From an uncultured Gammaproteobacteria bacterium (GTDB taxonomy: Bacteria > Cyanobacteriota > Vampirovibrionia > Gastranaerophilales > CAZEDP01), in the NCBI GenBank assembly GCA_964511035.1, contig CAZEDP010000001.1, positions 1 to 42,406 of the forward strand: 42,406 bases of DNA, given 5' to 3'. The notes beneath the pieces are model-generated. The model saw only the letters and a list, made by a program, of their open reading frames with translations. It searched no databases and was not told where the DNA came from. Shown in pieces: positions 12,426 through 20,087 of the stretch. Every line of letters begins with the position of its first letter. Position 1 is the first letter of the stretch. The position numbers and the translations under genes were made by a program.

Positions 12426-14936
12426 TTACTTATAAACCCCCTGCTGAATGCTGTAAAGATGATAATAATAACCCTTTGATGAAATCAAGTCCGAGTATTT
12501 ACCTTCTTCTGCAACAAATCCTTCATTCAATACAACAATTCTATCTGACCATTGATGTGCAGGCAAAAAGTCCGTCACAAATATGCAGGTTTTATGCTTG
12601 TACCTTTCCAATAAATACTTAAATATTGACATTTGTTCGTTAAAATCAAGAGTATTTAAAGTTTCATCAATAATTAAAATATCGGGATTTGTTATCAGAA
12701 CTCTGGCTAAGGCTATTTTTGCAGCTTGACCTCCTGAAATATTAAGTCCCCCCGAAATCAAATTAGTATTAAGTCCGTTTGGAAGTTTTGAAATAAAGCT
12801 GTCAAGTTTTGCAAGAGAAACAGCATTTAAAAGATTTTCCATTGATGAATCGGGAGTACTGAGCATAATATTTTCTTTAATCGTCCCCGAGAAAATAGCC
12901 GGACGCTGAATAACTGTTCCAACGGAATATCTGAGTAATTCATGATCAATTGTTTGTATATTATACCCGTCTATGGAAATTTCCCCCGATACAGGCTTAT
13001 ATAATCCCTGAAGAAGCCTTATCAATGTGCTTTTACCGGAACCGCTTTTGCCTGTTAAAACAATCTTCTCACCTTGTTTGATACTGAGGTTTACGTTATT
13101 CAATATAAAATTAGAATCCTGAGAATAACGGAAATAAACATCCGAAAATTCTATATCTCCCTTTATGTTTCTCAGAAATATGCCTCTTCCTTCGTCTTCT
13201 GAAGGTAATGCAATTGTGTAAAGGTTCTTCAATTCCTGTCTTAGAGGCATAGTTTCCTGAAAAAGCTGGAAAGAGGTCAGCATTCTCTGAAAAGATCCGA
13301 TGAAATTCCTCCCCATCATACTTATAGCAAGATATACACCGTATGTAGTATGCCCCATAAGAACTTCGTAAGCACCGAAATATAATGTTGCAAGATAACC
13401 GAGGCTGCCCACCGTTCCCAGTAAATTGCCCCCTGAAATATTGCTGAATCTCGACATAAAATCTTTTTCAACGTATTCGTTAACATTTTTTCCGATGGAA
13501 TTCATCATAGTCCATTCAGCACTGACTGATTTAACGGTTTCTATATTAGATACCGCTTCCTGAAGCTTAATCTGGCTGTTTCGCTGATTCTTGCCCGACT
13601 GCATCAATCTGGCTTTTTGCATAGGCATAATAAAGAAGACTATCAATGCAATGGGAATAATAGGAGAAAGTGAAATAAAGGCAAGTTTTACATTTAACAT
13701 GAACAAAATTACAACCATAATAAGCGACAAACCAAGATCCAATGATGAAAGCAGTGTTGTGTATGCATACGCATAATTGATTTTTGAAATTTCCGCAAAT
13801 TTTTCAATGTGGTTTTTAATATCACCAGATACTGTATCCAGTGGCAGCGCAAAAATTCTCTTAAGAAAACTTTTGAAACTCAATTTATCTATGTTTTCGA
13901 GAAAATTCGCCAATACAAACGACCTGACAGATTTGACCGCTATATCAAATGTCAAAATCATAATCATACCGACAGACATAACATCCAGAGCCGAAATATT
14001 TTGTCGTCCGAATACTCGGTCAAATATGACGATATAAAATATCGGCATACCAAGAGCAAACAGCTGAATTAAGAAGGATGCTATTACCATTTGTAGCGTT
14101 ATATCAGCATTTCGTTTGTAAAGATTCATATACCAAAGGGTACTAAAGGGTTCTTCTTGTTCAACAACATCGCTTCTAGGTGCTCTTTCAATTTTTAAAA
14201 GATTAAGTTTTTCATTTGGTGAAACATCTTCAGGCAAAAATCTTTCGTTTGTTAACCCCTCAATCAGCGCATTTCCTTTTCTGCCGGTAATCCATATTAA
14301 CCCGCCGTCTTTGTTTTCAAGAACAAACGGAAAATTTGTATTTAACAGCTGTTTCCATTCAACTTTTCTGGAAACAGCTCTGAAATCTAAATCTTTAAGA
14401 AGACTTCTCAAATCTTCAAGACTTTCTATCGGACAGTTGTGATTTTTGTTCGGAAATTTGTAGTACTCAAAAAGCGCATCCAGAATATCAGATGGGTTAA
14501 ATGAACCGGAAAGTCCGGTTGATGTTGATTCAAAACCTTCATTATTTAGAAATGGGACTTTTTCTCTTTGATTATTTGTATTTCTGAGTTCATCAAGTTT
14601 ATTTAAATAAAAATCGTATGCTCTTTTTAAGTCCTCACGTTTCAAAACTTCATCCAACAGAATTTCAAAGATAACTGTTGCTTCTGATGCAAGATATTTA
14701 TAATCATCAACCGTAAAATCCCATAATTCGCCTTCGTTTATAAAAGAAACCGTGTAGTCTCCTTCGTCAGAAGGTTTAAGGATTCTAATCTTACCGGACT
14801 TAATAAAACAAATTCTGTCAGAAGCTCCTTCAAAGCCGCTAATTCTTTTACCCGGCGAAAATTTGAATTCCGTACTGTCCGAAAATAAATAGTCCGGACT
14901 GCCAACAGAAACATTTCTTAAACCATTATCCACCAT
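12426..14936 (-). CDS. T1SS ABC exporter: N-terminal cyclic-nucleotide-binding-like domain, degenerate C39-like domain, 6-TM domain and ATPase
   Basis: Walker A GKSGSGKST, Q-loop VIQRP, signature ISGGQAAKIALAR, Walker B ILIIDE. The N-terminus has a CAP-like pattern (FKFSPGKRISGFEGASDRICFIKSGKIRIL...FINEGELWDF...ASEATVIFEI). The following roughly 110 aa align to a C39 peptidase fold but lack the catalytic Cys and His, as in the HlyB C39-like domain. Confidence 0.9.
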   Translation of the reverse strand: MVDNGLRNVSVGSPDYLFSDSTEFKFSPGKRISGFEGASDRICFIKSGKIRILKPSDEGDYTVSFINEGELWDFTVDDYKYLASEATVIFEILLDEVLKREDLKRAYDFYLNKLDELRNTNNQREKVPFLNNEGFESTSTGLSGSFNPSDILDALFEYYKFPNKNHNCPIESLEDLRSLLKDLDFRAVSRKVEWKQLLNTNFPFVLENKDGGLIWITGRKGNALIEGLTNERFLPEDVSPNEKLNLLKIERAPRSDVVEQEEPFSTLWYMNLYKRNADITLQMVIASFLIQLFALGMPIFYIVIFDRVFGRQNISALDVMSVGMIMILTFDIAVKSVRSFVLANFLENIDKLSFKSFLKRIFALPLDTVSGDIKNHIEKFAEISKINYAYAYTTLLSSLDLGLSLIMVVILFMLNVKLAFISLSPIIPIALIVFFIMPMQKARLMQSGKNQRNSQIKLQEAVSNIETVKSVSAEWTMMNSIGKNVNEYVEKDFMSRFSNISGGNLLGTVGSLGYLATLYFGAYEVLMGHTTYGVYLAISMMGRNFIGSFQRMLTSFQLFQETMPLRQELKNLYTIALPSEDEGRGIFLRNIKGDIEFSDVYFRYSQDSNFILNNVNLSIKQGEKIVLTGKSGSGKSTLIRLLQGLYKPVSGEISIDGYNIQTIDHELLRYSVGTVIQRPAIFSGTIKENIMLSTPDSSMENLLNAVSLAKLDSFISKLPNGLNTNLISGGLNISGGQAAKIALARVLITNPDILIIDETLNTLDFNEQMSIFKYLLERYKHKTCIFVTDFLPAHQWSDRIVVLNEGFVAEEGKYSDLISSKGYYYHLYSIQQGVYK

Positions 14937-14948
14937 TAAATCCTCTTA

Positions 14949-15722
14949 TTATGCTTTATTAACTGCTAAATCTTCTTTTTTGGCAATATTTAACTGAGTA
15001 GTAAGCCATTTTTCAAATAATTCATTAAGCAAAACTCTTTCTTTTTCCTTGCTTAATCCTGCGGTATCTTTCCGCAGCATTCTCACAACCATGTAAGTTT
15101 TACCGTTCAAAGTGAATGGTTCCGCTATCTGACCGTTCTGAAGTCTGCTTAATTTTGATTTAAGTTCGGCATTTAGAGTATTCAATGAAACAGGTCCAAC
15201 TATTCCGCCATTTTTACCTTCCGCCGATACGGAATAATTCTGAGCAATCTGATAAAAATCCGCCCCATCGTCTTTAATTCTGTAATAAAGCTCCCATGCC
15301 AGTTCTTCACTCTTTAAATTCAAAGTCTGAAAAAGAACTGTATCCGCCTTGGCTTTTTCTCTCAAAAAAATCTCATTAACATCCTGCTTGTTAATAACAG
15401 TTCTCTTTAATTTTTCAAGTTTTTCATTATAAATGAGCTTCTCAAGCAGAATGTCTTTGCTGATATTATTATTTTTTAAAAATTGCTCAAATTGTTCATT
15501 ATTATGGATGTTTTGGGAAGCGCAGAAGTTTTCGAAAATCTTATCCCTGTGCGCAGAAAAGTCTATATCATTAAAATTGAATTCTTCAAAATAATGTTCA
15601 ATTATCAATTTCTTGGCTGTTTCCGTTAGGATAGCATCAACTGCCGATGCAGACATAATACTCTCTACTGCTTCGTTCAGCGGTATTTCTTTTGTCAACA
15701 CTTTATGCCATATAAGTTCCAT
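14949..15722 (-). CDS. PpiC/parvulin-type peptidyl-prolyl isomerase with a SurA-N-like helical N-domain and no signal peptide
   Basis: DGADFYQIAQNYSVSAEGKNGGIVGPVSLNTLNAELKSKLSRLQNGQIAEPFTLNGKTYMVVRML matches the parvulin pattern (gadF..lA..yS.....GG.lG......l...f......l..G.i..P......G.h.i.v). It sits 12 nt upstream of the ABC gene on the same strand. Confidence 0.8.
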   Translation of the reverse strand: MELIWHKVLTKEIPLNEAVESIMSASAVDAILTETAKKLIIEHYFEEFNFNDIDFSAHRDKIFENFCASQNIHNNEQFEQFLKNNNISKDILLEKLIYNEKLEKLKRTVINKQDVNEIFLREKAKADTVLFQTLNLKSEELAWELYYRIKDDGADFYQIAQNYSVSAEGKNGGIVGPVSLNTLNAELKSKLSRLQNGQIAEPFTLNGKTYMVVRMLRKDTAGLSKEKERVLLNELFEKWLTTQLNIAKKEDLAVNKA

Positions 15723-15797
15723 TCATTCATTCCTTCTTGGCAACAATAAGCAGCTGTAATTATTGGAACAGACTTTATTTTACGTTTAATTATAACG

Positions 15798-15836
15798 AAA
15801 AAAAAAAGAAGCACATTATCAACATGGATAAGTGCT
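15798..15836 (-). terminator. Rho-independent terminator downstream of the sugar transferase gene
   Basis: Minus strand reads agcacttatc-catgtt-gataa(t)gtgct followed by tc + ttttttttttt. Confidence 0.65.
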
Positions 15837-15866
15837 CAAAAATGGGATAGATAATGTGGGTTATCA

Positions 15867-16598
15867 TTAAGCTGAATCCTTGCCCAGAATGACAATAGGC
15901 AAAGTCTTAAATAATATTTTTATATCCAGAAGAAAATTCCAAGTATCAATGTACATATAATCAAGCTTCACAACATTATCAAAGTCCTTAATCCTTGAGC
16001 GACCGCTCACCTGCCACATTCCGGTTAATCCCGGCAAAGTTGCAAATCTGATATAATGCCAGTTTTTATAAACTTTCAGCTCTTTTTTTATTGGAGGTCT
16101 CGGACCAACCAGACTCATTTCACCTCTGATAACGTTCAACAATTGAGGAAGCTCATCAAGACTGTATTTTCTCAGAAATCTGCCTACCTTTGTTACTCGT
16201 GGATCATTGAATAATTTAAACATTCCGTCATTAGTTTCGTTTAAATGTTTTATTTCATCGAGTCTGGTTTCAGCGTCAACAACCATGCTTCGGAATTTGT
16301 ACATATAAAACTCATTTCCGTTAAGTCCTATTCTTTTTTGTTTGAAAAAAATCGGTCCTCTAGATTCAAGTTTTATTGCAAGAGCGATTAACATAAATAA
16401 GGGCATTATTAAAAACAACCCGACAGTTGTTCCGGCTATATCCAAAAATCTTTTTAAAAACCATTGTATCGGTTTAGTATTTAAAAAATTATAATGTTTT
16501 GATATCCAAAACGGATCAGATATTGTTTCATTATTATCTTTGCTTTTGTTAATTTTATTAATTAATCCGGAAATACTAATCGTTTCCGCTGTGCTCAT
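15867..16598 (-). CDS. Polyprenyl-phosphate sugar-phosphate transferase (bacterial sugar transferase family, WbaP/EpsL-like priming enzyme)
   Basis: One TM, then the conserved C-terminal block: PIFFKQKRIGLNGNEFYMYKFRSM...DELPQLLNVIRGEMSLVGPRPP...GLTGMWQVSGRS. Confidence 0.9.
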   Translation of the reverse strand: MSTAETISISGLINKINKSKDNNETISDPFWISKHYNFLNTKPIQWFLKRFLDIAGTTVGLFLIMPLFMLIALAIKLESRGPIFFKQKRIGLNGNEFYMYKFRSMVVDAETRLDEIKHLNETNDGMFKLFNDPRVTKVGRFLRKYSLDELPQLLNVIRGEMSLVGPRPPIKKELKVYKNWHYIRFATLPGLTGMWQVSGRSRIKDFDNVVKLDYMYIDTWNFLLDIKILFKTLPIVILGKDSA

Positions 16599-16756
16599 TA
16601 CAAATTACCTCCTCAGAATACTACTCACACTCATTAAAGCGTTACAAATATCACTTGTCTTGTTTTATGAAATCCAATTTGTACTAACCATTATGTTTTA
16701 ATCTTAAAGGGCAATTAATTTTATAGTATTCGTATTTTTTCATATTAAAATTTGAT

Positions 16757-16785
16757 TTGCTATTGTACCGACTGTCTAATATTTA
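16757..16785 (+). promoter_or_regulatory. Candidate sigma70-type promoter (TTGCTA-N17-TATTTA) upstream of ssb
   Basis: Sequence only. Same spacing and flanks as the element at 9337-9365. Confidence 0.25.
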
Positions 16786-17003
16786 AAAACCTGTAAACTA
16801 TTTTAAACAATCTGTTTTTTGAAAATGCCTAGTCCTTAAGGCATAAGAGAAAATTGAATTAATGTAAAAAAATGTTAATTTAATGTATAAATAACTCGAC
16901 CGCTGTAAAATTGAATAAATTCAAATAATTATAATTCATTTTACTAAGTTATAATTTGTTAGTGCTTGTGCTAACATTAAACACGAAGAATGTTGAGGTA
17001 CAA

Positions 17004-17333
17004 ATGATTAATTCAGTCGTAATAGTAGGAAGAGTCGGGCAAGATCCCGAAATGAAATATTTTGAATCCGGCAAGGTAAAAACGACATTCAGCATAGCGG
17101 TCAACAGATGGTCTAAAGAAGGCGAAAAAACTGACTGGTTTAATATCGAACTTTGGGATAAAAATGCTGAAATTGCCGGAGAATATGTAAAAAAAGGTTC
17201 GCTTGTCGGAATTGAAGGCAGGCTAGATTTGAGCAAATGGACAGATTCCTCAGGTTCATCAAGAGAAAGATTTATCATCAGAGCCACTAATATAAGGCTT
17301 ATGGGTGGCAGAAGAGAAGAAATTCCGGCTTAA
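17004..17333 (+). CDS. ssb: Single-stranded DNA-binding protein (short form)
   Basis: MINSVVIVGRVGQDPEMKYFESGKVKTTFSIAVNR......DWFNIELWDKNAEIAGEYVKKGSLVGIEGRL is a canonical SSB OB-fold. I prefer the ATG at 17004 (gagg 6 nt upstream) over the upstream longest-ORF start. Confidence 0.85.
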   Translation: MINSVVIVGRVGQDPEMKYFESGKVKTTFSIAVNRWSKEGEKTDWFNIELWDKNAEIAGEYVKKGSLVGIEGRLDLSKWTDSSGSSRERFIIRATNIRLMGGRREEIPA

Positions 17334-17335
17334 TT

Positions 17336-18643
17336 ATGACACTAACTACCGGAACAATAGGCATTATAGCCGATGATCTTACGGGCGCAAATGATACAGC
17401 ACTTCAGTTTCATTTGAGCGGTTGCAATACACAAATATTGTTCGATTATAATGAAATCCCAAGAGGCATTGCCAATACTCATGCATGGGCATTATCAACG
17501 GAAACAAGGCATGTAGACTCGCAGACCGCCTATCAGACAGTACATCAAGCTGCTAAAACCATTGTCGAAAATCTCAAAGTTGAACACGTATATAAAAAGC
17601 TTGATTCCACTTTAAGAGGCAATATTGCGCAGGAAGCTCTTGCAATTATCAATGCCCTCGAGTGGGATGCGGCTGTGATAGTACCGGCATTCCCAACTGA
17701 AGGAAGAATAACGGTCGGCGGTTATCACCTTTTGAAAGGAATACCGCTAGAAAGAACCGAATTTGCACGAGATCCCAAAGCCCCTATTTCCCAGTCAAAT
17801 ATACCTGCATTACTTTCACAGCAAACCGATAATAAAGAAATAACAGGTCATATTGAACTTATGACTGTAATGAAGGGTGCAGGACCAATATTGAGCGCAT
17901 TGAATGAACAGGTTAAAAACGGCAAGAAATTAATTGCAATCGATGCTGCTTCAACAACCGATCTGGAACAGGTTGCTCTTGCCGTAAATAAATCCGGTTA
18001 CACAATTCTGCCCTGCGGTTCAGCAGGTCTGGCACAGGCAATGACTAAATGTTGGCTACCTGATATGAAATCACAGCATATTCAGAAAGTTATACCGGAT
18101 TTGCCTTGTCTAATTGTCAGCGGAAGCACTACTGAAGTTACACGTCTTCAAATTAAGAGATTAATGGAATCGGACGAATTTGAACCTCATTTTATAGAAC
18201 TTTTACCGGAACAAATATTAACGGAACCGACCGGCGAGCTAATTAACAGAGTCAGCAGTCATTTGCACTCCGACAAGATTGTACTTGTCCACTCAGCTCC
18301 TCTTGACGGTAACATAAACAGGATAATAGAATTCGCCGACAGAAAAGGGTTGAGTTCAGCTAATATTACCGAAATAATCAGTGACTTTCTGGCTACTTTA
18401 ACCGGTATTATTGTTGAAAATGAAAACCTTATTCTTGTTTTAATCGGAGGAGAAACAGCATACAAGTCATGTAATGCCATCAACAGCAAGCAATTACAAC
18501 TTATTGACGAGGTAGACAAGGCTATCCCACTGTGCTTAGACCATAAGGCTCAGTGGATTGTCACTAAATCCGGAAATCTTGGTACTCCTAACACTCTGGT
18601 TGAAATTTTAAGATATTTCAAAAGACATCAGGAAGAAAAATAA
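17336..18643 (+). CDS. Four-carbon acid-sugar kinase family protein (DUF1537; D-threonate / D-erythronate / 3-oxo-tetronate kinase-like)
   Basis: N-terminal IGIIADDLTGANDTALQF and C-terminal LIGGETA....A are hallmarks of the DUF1537 family. The gene is translationally coupled (TAATG overlap at 18640-18645) to a PdxA-family gene. Confidence 0.8.
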   Translation: MTLTTGTIGIIADDLTGANDTALQFHLSGCNTQILFDYNEIPRGIANTHAWALSTETRHVDSQTAYQTVHQAAKTIVENLKVEHVYKKLDSTLRGNIAQEALAIINALEWDAAVIVPAFPTEGRITVGGYHLLKGIPLERTEFARDPKAPISQSNIPALLSQQTDNKEITGHIELMTVMKGAGPILSALNEQVKNGKKLIAIDAASTTDLEQVALAVNKSGYTILPCGSAGLAQAMTKCWLPDMKSQHIQKVIPDLPCLIVSGSTTEVTRLQIKRLMESDEFEPHFIELLPEQILTEPTGELINRVSSHLHSDKIVLVHSAPLDGNINRIIEFADRKGLSSANITEIISDFLATLTGIIVENENLILVLIGGETAYKSCNAINSKQLQLIDEVDKAIPLCLDHKAQWIVTKSGNLGTPNTLVEILRYFKRHQEEK

Positions 18644-19623
18644 TGTCTAAAAAAATTGCCGTAACAATGGGCGATCCTTCAGGGATAGGTCCGGAAGTTA
18701 TATTAAAAGCGCTGAATAAACTTAAAACGGTAGATGATAATTTAATTCTCATCGGCAATAAGACCATTTTTAAACAGACTGAAAAAAACACAGGCATAAA
18801 TCTCAGCAATAAAATTCAGATAATTGACTTGCCTTGCGATTTGACAAAGATAATAATCGGACAAAATTGCTTAGAAAGCGGAAGACTTGCCTATAAATGC
18901 TTGGAAACGGCTTGCGAAATGGCAAAAAAAAACGAAATATCAGCCATAGTAACCGCTCCATTATCTAAAGCAGCACTTCACATGGCAGGCTACAATTTTT
19001 CAGGTCAGACTGAAATTTTAAATACACTCATTGCCCCTGAAGATGAGGCTCAAATGCTTTTTGTTGCAGATGGACTAAGAGTATTATTATTAACCAGACA
19101 CATTGCACTCAAAGATGTACCCAAATTCGTTACTGAAGATAAAATTATTAGTACAACTCTAATTTTGAACAATTCATTAAAAAGCCTTTTTAAAATTAAT
19201 AACCCAAAACTGGCTATATGTTCAATGAACCCGCACTCAGGCGAAAATGGTTCAATGGGTATTGAAGAAGCTAAAATAATCATTCCTGCAGTTAACAAAC
19301 TGCGAAAAAAACATAATATTTTAATCGACGGACCATATCCTGCTGACGGCATTTGGGCAAAAACAGCTCAAGAATATCATTCAGGCAAAGGAGTTTCCTT
19401 TGATGCATACATTTGTATGTACCATGATCAGGCATTAATTCCTCTTAAGCTGCTGGCAAGGAATAAGTCAGTGAATATGACAATTAATCTTCCGATTATT
19501 AGGACATCACCTGCACATGGAACTGCATTTGACATAGCAGGCAAAAATATTGCCAATTACGAAAGTATGCTCCAATCCATAAAATCTGCAATGGACTTAA
19601 TCAAGTTGCTAAAAGTTGATTAA
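18643..19623 (+). CDS. pdxA: PdxA-family 4-hydroxythreonine-4-phosphate / 4-phospho-acid-sugar dehydrogenase (decarboxylating)
   Basis: IAVTMGDPSGIGPEVILKAL..., GQTE, NPHSGENG, MYHDQALIPLK and IRTSPAHGTAFDIAGK are conserved PdxA blocks. Confidence 0.85.
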   Translation: MSKKIAVTMGDPSGIGPEVILKALNKLKTVDDNLILIGNKTIFKQTEKNTGINLSNKIQIIDLPCDLTKIIIGQNCLESGRLAYKCLETACEMAKKNEISAIVTAPLSKAALHMAGYNFSGQTEILNTLIAPEDEAQMLFVADGLRVLLLTRHIALKDVPKFVTEDKIISTTLILNNSLKSLFKINNPKLAICSMNPHSGENGSMGIEEAKIIIPAVNKLRKKHNILIDGPYPADGIWAKTAQEYHSGKGVSFDAYICMYHDQALIPLKLLARNKSVNMTINLPIIRTSPAHGTAFDIAGKNIANYESMLQSIKSAMDLIKLLKVD

Positions 19624-19630
19624 AAATATT

Positions 19631-19987
19631 TTAGATAATTTTTTCAACTGCCTCAATAATTTCCTCAGGAACAAACGGTTTTACAATATAGCCTGATATA
19701 CCGGATTTTACGGCTTCTTCTCTGTGATAATGCTGTCCCATTGAAGTACAAACAATGATTTTTGCATCCGCATTAAGCTCAATTATCTGCCTTACTACTT
19801 CCAAACCGCTTAATTCAGGCATAATAACATCAACTATCAACAGATCCGGTCTTAATTTTTCATACAGTTCAATAGCTTTAAAACCGTCATCAGCTTCCCC
19901 TACGACATCATACCCTGATTTGGTTAGAGTCCTCCTGAGAAAATTTCTCATTGTTGAAGAGTCATCGGCAACTAATATTTTTTTCAT
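19631..19987 (-). CDS. CheY-like single-domain response regulator
   Basis: MKKILVADDS...DLLIVDVIMPELSGLEV...TS....K are receiver-domain signatures. The start could instead be 20011 (longest ORF). Confidence 0.85.
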   Translation of the reverse strand: MKKILVADDSSTMRNFLRRTLTKSGYDVVGEADDGFKAIELYEKLRPDLLIVDVIMPELSGLEVVRQIIELNADAKIIVCTSMGQHYHREEAVKSGISGYIVKPFVPEEIIEAVEKII

Positions 19988-20087
19988 ACTCTGGAATTTC
20001 TCATAAAACAAAAGTTGAAATTAACATACAGTTAATTATATCCGTTAATGAATATTGAGTATATAGTTCGTATTTCGTATAAAAAAT

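Noticed and set aside
13591-14072. Three plus-strand ORFs of 61-87 aa, and the 89-aa ORF at 12353-12622.
   Set aside because: They are antisense to the ABC exporter and the HlyD/ABC junction. This is typical of AT-rich antisense frames. They have no RBS or recognisable domain.
16949-17287. 112-aa minus-strand ORF, and the upstream-extended 125-aa version of ssb.
   Set aside because: The minus ORF mirrors ssb. The conserved SSB OB-fold begins at the ATG at 17004, which has a GAGG RBS. The 16-codon extension (MLVLVLTLNTKNVEVQ) is not SSB-like.
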